Shown here piece by piece: positions 1-10,149 of a stretch of DNA of 64,000 bases; the stretch's first letter is position 1; each line of letters opens with the position of its first letter. A model generated the notes under the pieces. The model searched no databases and was not told where the DNA came from. It was given only the letters and a program-made list of their open reading frames with translations. The stretch spans positions 59,644,001 through 59,708,000 of the forward strand of contig NC_042999.1 in assembly GCF_006345805.1 (NCBI RefSeq), read 5' to 3'. The DNA comes from Octopus sinensis (taxonomy: Eukaryota). A program made the position numbers and the translations under genes.

Positions 1-352
1 AATAATAAAAACAAAGACACACCACAGACAGGGAAAAAAAAATCCCGCTCAACTGGCCCAGAAAAAGAAGACAAAAAAGAAAATGAACTCATATTAATTG
101 AATTCGACACACAAGACAAATACATAAACGATATTGTGGTTCAGCATCAGTCAGCAAGACTGTACAACAAATACAAAGATCGAAATAGACACGCGTGGAT
201 TGCGGAAACAACGTTCAAACAATTAAAAGACAGACACCCAACACCATCCGGCATGTCGCGAACTTGCCGGACTATCTGAAGAAGAGGAGAAAGAAGGGGC
301 CCACAAACGTGTGGTGAGGTCGGCCCCCCCCTCTCCAACGAAATGTAAGTAG
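1..352 (+). pseudogene. Probable 3' end of Tx1 ORF1 (frameshifted)
   Basis: Lys/Glu-rich open stretches on + (e.g. ...SEEEEKEGAHKRVVRSAPPSPTKCK*) end just before the ORF2 ATG at 370. No diagnostic motif seen. Confidence 0.4.
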
Positions 353-369
353 AACTTTTACTTTTTGTA

Positions 370-1733
370 ATGGCTTCGCTTAACCTTGGTTGTTTAATGT
401 GCGTGGTCTGAGTTCGAAGTGGAAGCAGGCTTGTTTCCTCGACGACGACCTCAGATCACATGATATACATGTGATGGTTGCTACAGAGACCAAGCTGGAC
501 AGCCTACAAACCTTCTCGCCTCTCCTGAATGGCTACGAGAAAATCATGTCTCCTGGCCAGACCGGAGGGCGAGGGGGCGTAGTGGTACTGATCCGTAAAG
601 ACTTGGCTCTACAGACAAGTACAGTCTATGTAGACCCAGAAGGTGGGCTGGTCGTCCTTGATGTGACATACAGCAGTAAGGCCTTCAGGTTGATCGGACT
701 CTATGCACCTTGTGCTAGAGGTTTCCAAACTGATTTTTATCGGCGCCTAGAGGGCTTTCTCGTGACGTCGAAGACTTTAGTGATATTAGGGGACTTTAAT
801 GCTATCGTTGACGTACACATCGATAGCGTTGGCTCGATCTATAGGAAAGTGAACTCACGTCTCGTGGATCTGCTTAAGCGGTTTCAGCTAGCAGATCGTT
901 ACAGACTTTACCATCCGAACGTCCCAGAGTGGACCTGGATGAGTGGCGACGGAAGGTTCAAGTCTTATCTAGACAGGATAGTGATAAGAACTAGAGATAA
1001 GTCTAGTTTTAGTTGTCCACAGCTCGTCCAGGTGCCCTATACTGACCATAGAATGGTCACGTGTAGACTGGACATAGATAGCACACTTAAGATAGGAACC
1101 GGCTACTGGAAGCTGAACAAGTCTATTTTGACACGCGAGGCATACCGTAGCCGGATTAAGGTGTTAGTGCAGAGGGCGTTAACCGGAGCCGTGGTTAATA
1201 ACCGGTGGTGGTTCACCCTCAAAAGAGCCATTCGATTCGAGTCCATTAGATTTAGTAAACAACTAAGACTAGATAGGGCTAGAATAGAAGGGCAACTAGT
1301 TAAGAACTTAGAGGAGGCGTTGAGGTTGGGCTCTGCATCTCACATTTTAGCGGCGAGAACGGCATTAGACCGTCACCTCAAAACCAAACATGAGGGATGT
1401 AGAGTCCGGGCTAAAGTACGAGCATTGGGCCGTGAGGGAATTAATGTTGCCGGATGGGCCCGTACGATAGAAACACAGCGTGGAAACGATGCCACAATTG
1501 GGTCTCTGTGATGAAAAAACGGATGCACGATCAAGAAGCGGGACGAGATGTGTGAGGCACTTCACAAGCACTTCGCCGAGTTGTTCGGGAGGTGCGGGAC
1601 GCTGGATCATGGTGAGGCCCTTAGGGACTTCCTGTCTGGTGGCCCGCGCCTCTCGACACGAGAGGCTGAGTGCTGTGAAGGGCCAATCACAGCCGAGGAA
1701 GTAATCGAGGTGTTGGGCAAGTGCCCCGGGGAG
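370..1733 (+). pseudogene. Tx1 ORF2 N-terminal half: APE endonuclease and linker
   Basis: ATG370 reads MASLNLGC, then a 1-bp shift into NVRGL; motifs ATETKL, GGVVVL, LGDFNA, SYLDRI, TDHRMV, GYWKLN. Double TGA at 1509-1514, then MCEALHKHF...EGPITAEEVIEVLGKCPG, where homology stops. Confidence 0.92.
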
Positions 1734-1884
1734 AATAGTGAAAGTCAAGTTTCATCATATTTAGACAGGAAGAACTATTGCCAAATTTTTTCTAATTCTT
1801 ATTTGACCTGGCTCAAATATGTCACGTGGTTACAATGCTTTCGTTCGAGGCAGTCGGAGCTCGTTTTCTCTACCAACCAACATG

Positions 1885-1918
<34 letters not shown>

Positions 1919-2011
1919 TGATGATGATGACTCAACATCACAATCTTAGTTGCTTTGCCTTGTATAGGATCTAGAAACTGAGTCTTAAAGGAAGTGTCAT
2001 GTATTTTTCAG

Positions 2012-2791
2012 TTAGTTTGATTTCATTTTGTTTTCTAAGGTAGGATTTATAATTACGAGTTCAGAACCTTCGATTTTGACCTCTTCGTAAAGCCAGGGTC
2101 GTTCACAGCGACATTCCGTACCGCATTTCTCCGAGCCACATTTCAGGCAAGGGAAGTGACAGCCGGGACAATCCATATCCAAACAGTCACACATATCTAT
2201 ACCCGTAGATATCAAACATCCGGACTCATCGTACATTTGCCACTCATTGCACTTCTTCCGCTTCCTTTTCTTTTTTTTAGTCGCTTTGAAGCGAGCAGAG
2301 GATTTCATGGTGGGAATAGCTTTAGTTCTTGTCACAGCTTTAGAAGACGTTGTCACTGAACGACCATTTCTCCCACCCGATCTAGTAGTTACCGCCAGAG
2401 CTTTCTCGTTTTTCATAGTTTCATTTGCCCTCGTTACCGAACTACCATCAGTACTGTTCTTATCGAGGGTTTTCTCGTCAGAAGAACAAGTTTTATTGTT
2501 TATCGAAGGAGGTCGTCGTTTTTTCCAGTCATATTTTTCTGTTAGATTAACATCCTTCACATCTGTCGTCTTGAACCCTTCATTTATCTCTTTCTTCCCG
2601 CCATCAACACCTTCATTTATGTTGGTGTCTTGTCGATACTGGCGCCGTGAAGCCCTAGTAACCATCATTTTCCTTCGGGAATTATCACCTCCCCCATCAC
2701 CACTTTCATCATCATCATCATCACCACCAGACTCACTTTGTAATTCTTTGCCGTCTTTTTTTTCCGAACTCGTATCTGCCGCTTTCATCAT
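2012..2791 (-). CDS. ARL14EP: ARL14 effector protein-like (ARF7EP_C domain), intronless 259-aa ORF
   Basis: C-terminus MYDESGCLISTGIDMCDCLDMDCPGCHFPCLKCGSEKCGTECRCERPWLYEEVKIEG matches my recollection of the ARL14EP Cys-rich domain (YDxxGxL...DxCDCLDxDCxGCxxxCxxCGSxKCGxECRCxRxWLYExxxIEG). Charged low-complexity N-terminus; no stops or frameshifts. Confidence 0.88.
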   Translation of the reverse strand: MMKAADTSSEKKDGKELQSESGGDDDDDESGDGGGDNSRRKMMVTRASRRQYRQDTNINEGVDGGKKEINEGFKTTDVKDVNLTEKYDWKKRRPPSINNKTCSSDEKTLDKNSTDGSSVTRANETMKNEKALAVTTRSGGRNGRSVTTSSKAVTRTKAIPTMKSSARFKATKKKKRKRKKCNEWQMYDESGCLISTGIDMCDCLDMDCPGCHFPCLKCGSEKCGTECRCERPWLYEEVKIEGSELVIINPTLENKMKSN

Positions 2792-2916
2792 CTTTCTTGC
2801 AAACTGTTTTTATTACTGTAGAAAAGAAGTTGTGCCTTTGACACTTGTCACTCTACTAAAACAGTTAGTGTAATTACCATTAATTAACATTAAACAGTTT
2901 GTTTTCAAGATATTTC

Positions 2917-4940
2917 GATGGTCTGCCCTATGAATTTTATAGATGTATGCCAGACTTGTTCGGGCACCTGCTGGCTAGCGTCTACGCCAACTGGCAGCAG
3001 AATGGGAGAATTCCCAAGTCTGCGAGCCGGGGGGCGGTGACGTTGATCAGGAAGGACCCGAACAAGGGGGACGAGATAGGGAACTTCAGGCCCATAACTC
3101 TGTTAAACACAGAGTTAAAGATTCTGGCCAAGGTGCTAGCAAAAAGGTTGGCGCGGATCGTGGACAAACTTGTCGGGGAAGCGCAAACGTGCGCTATCCC
3201 CGGCAGAACGATCCACGACAATCTCCACCTTATACGCTACTCCTTAGAGAGGGTGGGGAAGCTTTCTGGCGCAGGGGGAGCACTGGTACATTTAGACCAG
3301 TCCAAAGCATTTGATAGGATCGACCATCGGTACCTGGCGGCGGTCCTCGGAGAGGCTGGCCTAGGCCCGACCTTTCGAGGTTGGATCGCTGCTTTGTATA
3401 GCGACATCGAGTCTGTAGTCAAAGTGAACGGTTCCTTTTCGAAGCCGTTCAGGATCGAGCGTTCAGTTCGTCAAGGGTGTTCCCTGTCCTCGCTCATATA
3501 CGTATTGGCTCTTGAGCCTTTGCTGCGGAAGTTGGAGGCACTAGGGGGCGCGCCGCATGATCTATGGTGTGGAAGAGGAGCTACGGCGTATGCGGATGAA
3601 ACCTCCATCATCGTGGCAGACGAAGGCCAGCTTCCAGTGGTGGAAGAGGCCATCAAAAGCTACGAGGCGGTGGCAGGAGCAAAGGTTAACAAGGACAAGT
3701 CGGTCGGTTTGCAACTCGGCACCTGGAGGGGCAAGCCGATGCCGTCCAATAACGTCGTAGGGCGTTGGACGGAAGGTCCTGTTAAGCTGCTCGGAGTCTG
3801 GTTCGGGCCAGACCTCCAGATTGAGAAAAATTGGAGTGAGGTGGCCAACAAGGTGACCGCTCTAACCCAGACCTGGTCTGGGCGGGCGTTATCCCTGCTA
3901 GGGAAGGCGGAGGTGGTGCAGATGTTTATAGCATCAGTAATCACCTACCGTCTGACCGTGGTGCCTGCCCCGATTTGTGGCTGAACAAGTTGGAGAGAAT
4001 CCTTTTCCGATTTTTGTGGAAAGGAGGAAAGCCACTTGTAAAGCGCTCTGTCTGCTGCCAGAAACCGCTAAAGGGTGGGCTAGGGATGCCTTGGCTGAGG
4101 ATGCGAAAACTCGCGTTAAGGTTGAGGCACCTCTGGCTTTACCTGGATGGAGAGCAGGTGTGGTCACCGCACGTCCGGTTCTACCTTCCCCAGTTAACAT
4201 CCCTAACGGACATCGGTGCATGGATCAAGCGGAGACCTAAACTGAGTGAATGGCATTTGGAGTGCCGTCAGGCGCTCCAGCTACTATCTCGGGTGGGCAA
4301 CGCCGGCAACAGGAGTTCCACCACGGATTTCTATAGCGGGTTAGTGGAGATTAAGTCCGAAGATGCCTTGGGGGAGACCCTGGGCTACGATGAAAATCAG
4401 TTGGTCAACCTGTTCCGGAGGACGTTCGGGCCGGGGTATCTGGATAATTACCAGAAATCCCTGGCCTGGCAGTGTTTCCGTGCGGCTTTACCTGTTCGCG
4501 ACAAGCTGTCAAGGCACGGTAGTGCCGTCTCGCCGACATGCCCGCGATGTGAGCAGGATAGGGAGACCGTCTTGCACGCATTCGTGGAGTGTCCGGAGTT
4601 ATCGGGACTCATAGCTTTTGTTGAACAACTGTTGTCAGTGATGGGAAGAGTACAGCTATCAGCTGAGTCTATCATCGAGACTGTGCCGCCCCCTTTCCTT
4701 AACAGGGAAAGAAAGGCTTGTTTTTTCTGTGTAGTAGCCATACTGAAAGAAACAGTATGGAAGACGCGTACGAAAGGTATAGTGACAGGCACCTTTGTCT
4801 CCGGCCAGGGGTTGATTAACTTTTTTAGTTACCACCTCAGTAGCAAAATCAGGCTGGAGAAGAGGTGTCTGTCACGAGATATGTTTGCGAAAAGATGGAA
4901 GCCTGTGGCATACAAGATGGGTATGTTTGGCACCAGGTAA
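2917..4940 (+). pseudogene. Tx1 ORF2 C-terminal half: reverse transcriptase and zinc-binding region
   Basis: DGLPYEFY, RPITLLNTELKILAK, LDQSKAFDRIDH, VRQGCSLS, AYADE (YADD variant). 1-bp frameshift at ~3970 into WLNKLERILFRFLW...CPRC...H...C; stop at 4940. Confidence 0.94.
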
Positions 4941-5167
4941 GTGTGACCGGATCAGAAAGTAAAGGTTCTACCCGGATGGCTGGGTGTCCGTCCTTCGACA
5001 TGATCATTAATATTTTTAAACATTGCCTTCGTAAAATTCATTTTTTATAATCTTATCCGTAATTTCATTCGAAAATTGTAACTGTGTTAAGCTACTTCAC
5101 CCTTTATATTTGTCTGTCCTTGTCTGTCCCCTCTTTGTAAATGCCTAAATGGCAAATTATATGAAAT

Positions 5168-5552
5168 AAAGTAGCTTGGTTACCAACCACATGGTTCCGG
5201 GTTCAGTCCCACTGCGTGGCACCTTGGGCAAGTCTCTTCTACTATAGCCTCGGGCTGACCAAAGCCTTGTGAGTGGATATGGTAGACGGAAACTGAAAGA
5301 AGCCTGTCGTATATATATGTATATATATATGTGTGTGTGCATGTATGTTTGTGCATCTGTGCTTGTCCCCCTAGCATTGCTTGACAACCGATGCTGATGT
5401 GTTTATGTCCCCGTCACTTAACGGTTCGGCAAAAGTGACCGATAGAATAAGTACTGGGCTTACAAAGAATAAGTCCTGGGGTCGAGTTGTTCGATTAAAG
5501 GCGGTGCTCCAGCATGGCCGCAGTCAAAATGACTGAAACAAGTAAAAAGAAA
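5168..5552 (+). mobile_element. SINE family A (tRNA-like head, internal TA/TG tract, CR1-type tail), 5'-clipped
   Basis: Matches the fuller copies at 29676-30115 and 59267-59672; tail ggcggtgctccagcatggccgcagtcaaaatgactgaaac. Confidence 0.85.
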
Positions 5553-5580
5553 GGAAAAAATATATATATATACTTATATA

Positions 5581-5801
5581 TACGAGTGGGTGGCGAAAAG
5601 TTTCTGGTCTTCAGTAAAAGAAAATACAGAAGGATCATTTAATTACGATTTTATTCAACATATTCCCCTCTCAGATTCACGCACTTATTGCAGTGGCCCT
5701 TCATTTTTTCTAAGCCCTGTAAAAGAATACGGAAGGTTGGTACTCCAGCCAGGACTTTTGTGATAGCCTTAAAGCCAGGCACCTTTCAGCACATCCTCGT
5801 A
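5581..5801. mobile_element. Tc1/mariner-type MITE
   Basis: Imperfect ~30-bp TIRs (tacgagtgggtggcgaaaagtttctgg ... ccaggcacctttcagcacatcctcgta) bounded by TA; non-coding interior. Confidence 0.65.
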
Positions 5802-5967
5802 TATATGTATTATAAAGGATTAGGGGAAAATGTCACACACAAAATAAGTCCAATACGCTCTGGAAATATTAGACATGCTTCAAGATTTCTAAAATTGAAT
5901 AAAATAAATAAAATGTTGATGAATACACACGTTCTTGTATATGATGAACAAAATTAATTATAATAAT

Positions 5968-6168
5968 AATCCTTTCTACTAAAGGTACAAGGTCTGAACA
6001 TTTGAGGGGAGGGGACTACTCGATTACATCGACCTCATTGCTCAATTGGTACTTATTATTTATTCGACCTCGAAAGGAGGAAAGGCAAAGTCGACCTCGG
6101 CGGAATTTGAACTCAGAACGTAAAGATGGACGAAATACTGCCTAAGCGTGCTAATGACTCAACCAGCA
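5968..6168 (-). mobile_element. SINE family B, tail type 2
   Basis: Core aattccgccgaggtcgactttgcc...ggtcgatgtaatcga on the minus strand; tail gaccttgtacctttagtagaaaggattattatt. Confidence 0.8.
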
Positions 6169-6870
6169 CAAAATGTCGAATATTTTGGTGCATGACTTTT
6201 GGGTCACCCTATATATGTAAGAATTAAATTATATATTATGCACCTTATTTTTTTCTTTTGTTATGCGCCCTATCCCCTGATCGATTTGGGCCAAAGAATT
6301 TCGAAACCGCTGGTGTAGCGATAATGTCTGAGGCATGACCAACATCGTCAGCGATTTTAAGTTAACAAAACATGTACTTATATTTTTTTTTTAATTATAT
6401 ACTCAATTTTGTTTCGAAACAGTTTATAAAACTTGAATATATTGACCACAGGAAGGGGTTAGCTTTTATAATAAATCGATACAAGCGAGTTAAAAGCAGC
6501 ATGTAAATAAACTACGTTCAGACAGAGTAAGTAATACATCACCTGTAGATGACATATTCAATTAAATGTTTGCATAAGTTATATACATAGGACCTCGGCA
6601 ATTGTTTAAGTTTGCCAAATCTTACTAACTAGTACAAAAAAAAGTTTATATATATATATGTAACTAGTTATATGTATGTGTGTCTGTGTATGTATGCACA
6701 CACACACACGCATACATGCACTCACGCACACATATTTATATTTATATATTCATAGATATGTATAAACGTACATATATAAATGTGATTATATAAGGGTATA
6801 AATACATGTGTTTATGCATATATATATAAACAGCATGGCCGCAGCTCTTACCTGAAGCTACAGAATATAA

Positions 6871-6901
<31 letters not shown>

Positions 6902-6937
6902 CTCACACACACACACACACATATATATACATATATA

Positions 6938-7310
6938 CGAAAGCGGGCTGAAAAGTTCATAGGTGGACTATGAAGGAATGATTCTAGAGCTGTGAAATCT
7001 TGCATGCATTAATTTCAAATCCTGTTATTAAGAACTGCATTGTTACTTTTCAGGTGAACTAGCATCTGACTGTTCAAAAACTAATACTGACTTCTCTTGA
7101 AAATGGAGAAAACTTAGCATCGTGTTGTTATCAAGTAGTTGAAGAAGAGGGTTTAGCGTCTCAAAGACGTTAATGCTGAAATGTTTGGTACATTAGATGA
7201 CGGTCTAACTTTAGCAACACTGCAAAACTGGGCAACTGAATTTAAGAGGTGAAGGGAGATTCTTGAAGATGACACAAGGTCTAGATGTCCAGCATCTGCC
7301 ACCGCCGATT
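6938..7310 (+). mobile_element. mariner transposon left end with degenerate transposase N-terminus
   Basis: TA followed by TIR-like cgaaagcgggctgaaaagttcata. ATG7103 reads MEKT*HRVVIK*...LATLQNWATEFKR*REILEDDTRSRCP, the HTH region of a mariner transposase (WAAEFKRGRESLEDDPRSGRP-like). Confidence 0.75.
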
Positions 7311-7480
7311 GACTATAAATCAAATAGCCAAGTGAACGTTGAGACTATTCCGCCCGATGAACTTTGCATTACAAAGGTTTCTGTTCGGTAGATTCCACGT
7401 CTTCTCACACCTGATGAAAAGTGCGCCAGGCTGATCAACCCAGATAGTTTCTTTCAATATATATATATATATATATATAG

Positions 7481-7857
7481 CGCGCCGGGCGAAATGCTTA
7501 GTGGTATTTCGTCTGTCGTTCCGTTCTGAGTTCAAATTCCGCCGAGGTCGACTTTGCCTTTCATTTTCTTAGGGTCGATAAATTAAGTACCAGTTACGCA
7601 CTGGAGTCGATATAATCGACTTAATCCGTCTGTCTGTCCTTGTTTGTCTCCTCTGTGATTAGCCCCTTGTGGGTAGTAAAGAAATAGGTATTTCGTCTGC
7701 CGTTACATTCTGAGTTCAAATTCCGCCGAGATCCTTTCGGGGTCGATAAATAAAGTACCAGTTTCGCACTGGTGTCAATGTAATCGACTTAATCCCTTTG
7801 TCTGTCCTCCTTGTTTGTCCCCTCTATGTTTAGCCCCTTGTGGGCAATAAAGAAATA
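7481..7857 (+). mobile_element. SINE B tandem dimer, tail type 1 (Tx1-like)
   Basis: Two core units joined by aaagaaatag|gtatttcgtctg; ends gtcccctctatgtttagccccttgtgggcaataaagaaa. Confidence 0.88.
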
Positions 7858-7872
7858 TATATATATATATAT

Positions 7873-7920
<48 letters not shown>

Positions 7921-8214
7921 ACACATACATTCCCTGCTAGCTATGCGTGTAAGAATCTGTTTAACACACACGCTATAGCGCCGCCTTCAATGCTTTAGTT
8001 TTCATCGAGCATAACGGCTCAGTAATTATTAAGTTTTATTCACCCAGAAGGATCTAGTTACAATGTGAAATTCTGCAATCAATCATGCAACTATGCTGCT
8101 TGCACCTGTAATGCCTTCTTTCTTTTTTTTTTTCTTGCTTTTTACGTTTCGTTATTCACAGCTCAGTGGAGCAGCTATTATTCTTGATTCACTGGTACTG
8201 TAGATTCGAGTCTA

Positions 8215-8580
8215 GCCGCATGAACTTTTCTCTGATATGAGTATAAAATTGTATACCAACGTTTTACGATCTTCTGCTCTGAAAGGATGAAAGGCAAAAT
8301 TTGAACTCGGAACGTAAAGACGAACGAAATGCCACAAAGTATTCTGTCCTTGGCTGAATAATATTGGTATCAAATTTTGGCACAAGGCCGCAATTTCGGT
8401 GAAGTGGGTTAAGTCAATTACATCTACCTCAATACTCAACTGGTGCTTATTTTATCGATCCCCGAAAGCATGTAAGGCAATGTCGACCTCGGTCGAATTT
8501 GAACTCAGAATGCAAGTAGGGACGAAATGCCGCTAAGCACTTTGCCCAGCGTTCTAACGATTCTGCCAGCTCACCGCCTT
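8215..8580 (-). mobile_element. Two SINE B units, one with tail type 3
   Basis: Two core matches; tail ggccttgtgccaaaatttgataccaatattatt at ~8358-8390. Confidence 0.75.
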
Positions 8581-9715
8581 AGTTAGCAGAATAATATTGC
8601 AGATAGATTATGCCACCGATTTCGTTTGACAGTTAAGATTCTTTACTTCTTGACGTAATGTAAAAAATAAAACTCTCAGGGTAGACACTGTGACACGGCT
8701 ATCACAATGAATAAGTTCTCAGAAATGTTGAATCCTAAGACTATTCATTCATTACTGCTTATATGGAATTTTACAGCATCTGAAGAATCAAATATTTCGC
8801 ACAAAATACATTTTCGAAAAGAATTATTTATTTCATGGATGTTTTCCCATTGCTGTCACAGATTTCGTGTTTTGTTTTTGGAGCGTTTTTGTTTTGTTTT
8901 TGTTTTTTTTTTTATTTTGTTCCAATTGTTTTCAAATCTGATATATTTGGTATAATGATTTAATTGTCGTATGCTAATTATAAAAATGAAATTCCTTTTG
9001 TCATAAACTAATAAATAACAAACATAATAATTGTTTTAAAAATTTGCCAGTTTTGAGTAACTTTAGCCAATCAAAAGCCACCATTATACACGTGACCGTA
9101 AATCTCACATCTGTGCTTGTTTCCATAGTAACAGTCACCTGTTTTCATTGTTACAATGACGCTGTACTTTGCGCAACTGCGACACTTTTACCACTGCAAC
9201 CATCATTACACTTCGACGTGTGATATCTTTTTATTCTTGTAGTTATTCTTCTCGGTCATTTTGTGACAAACAGCTATCACGCAGAAAATCCGCGGCTTCC
9301 GATTCCTTATTTTCTGATCGTACTAAAGATTATGAAATTTCGAACCTCTGTAACATCTTTCTGAATTTTTCTAGGAACAAACGATTCCCAAATTTGGATT
9401 CAGCGTAAAAAATTATACCAATGTACTTAATTTGAAAGCTTTCAGTTTATTTTAATATTTCCAAAACTGTGACGCAACCGAAAAGATCCTATTCCATAAT
9501 TCTCTATAAACTTACAACTATTTCACAGAATTTCCGCTGATATTGCAAGTGCATATAATTACATTATCAGGACCTTCATCGTACCGTAACCCAAAACTAT
9601 TTATAAAAGATTCTTTACATTCTTTACATTCCGGGCTACGTTTTTTCATACTATTTTTCACATACGTCTGAAAGCGAATCCGTGAATATTTAACGTTTCC
9701 GCTTTTACATAAAGT

Positions 9716-10028
9716 TTTTTTTGTCCCTTTCTCGAGCCATGCCTGGCTCATAGGGTCGGTTTCCCGGTTTCTCGGTTTCCTTGGCGTATAGGTTCCCTAG
9801 CTGGACGGGACGCCGGTCCGTCGCAGGTGAACTGCAAGATGCAGGAGGAAATAATGAGAGAAAGTTGTGACGAAAGAGTCAGCAGAAGTTCGCCATTACC
9901 TTCTGCCGGAGCCGCGTGGAGTTTAGGTGTTTCGCTCATAAACACACACATCGCCCGGTCTGAGATTCGAACCCGCGAGCTCTCGATCGCGAGACCGCTC
10001 CTCTAACCACTAGGCCATGTGCCTCCAC
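9716..10028 (-). mobile_element. SINE family C (tRNA-like head), full length, with 12-bp TSD
   Basis: Head tggcctagtggttagagg...ggttcgaatctc (A/B boxes); tail gagccaggcatggctcgagaaaggg. TSD tttacataaagt at 9704-9715 and 10029-10040. Confidence 0.9.
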
Positions 10029-10149
10029 TTTACATAAAGTAGCCGTTAGATATTTCTGTTTGTCCAATATTTTGCCTTCTTTTACTACTGTTATTATTTG
10101 ATTCCTCTTACCCGCGCTGAAAGCTAATAGTTCTTTATATAAGTGACAT

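Larger units (their letters stand above)
1..5160 (+). mobile_element. Tx1/L1-clade non-LTR retrotransposon (5' end outside the window), disrupted and interrupted by a ~1.18 kb host-derived insert
   Basis: Colinear APE endonuclease (370-1733), RT (2917-3980) and C-terminal CxxC...HxxxxC region (TCPRCEQDRETVLHAFVEC, to 4940). The 3' UTR ends in ttgtctgtccttgtctgtcccctct...aataaag near 5160. Confidence 0.93.

Noticed and set aside
147-338. 63-aa minus-strand ORF, and other antisense ORFs over the LINEs (e.g. 2247-2873, 23717-24325)
   Set aside because: These are shadow frames of real coding sequence on the opposite strand.
2012-2791. Intactness of the ARL14EP ORF as proof of selection
   Set aside because: At the lesion density of the flanking LINE (about 4 in ~3.4 kb), fewer than one lesion is expected in 780 bp, so zero is not significant.
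9518-9751. CKECKESF resembling a C2H2 zinc-finger start
   Set aside because: No His pair follows, the ORF start lies in a SINE tail, and removing the SINE gives no start codon.
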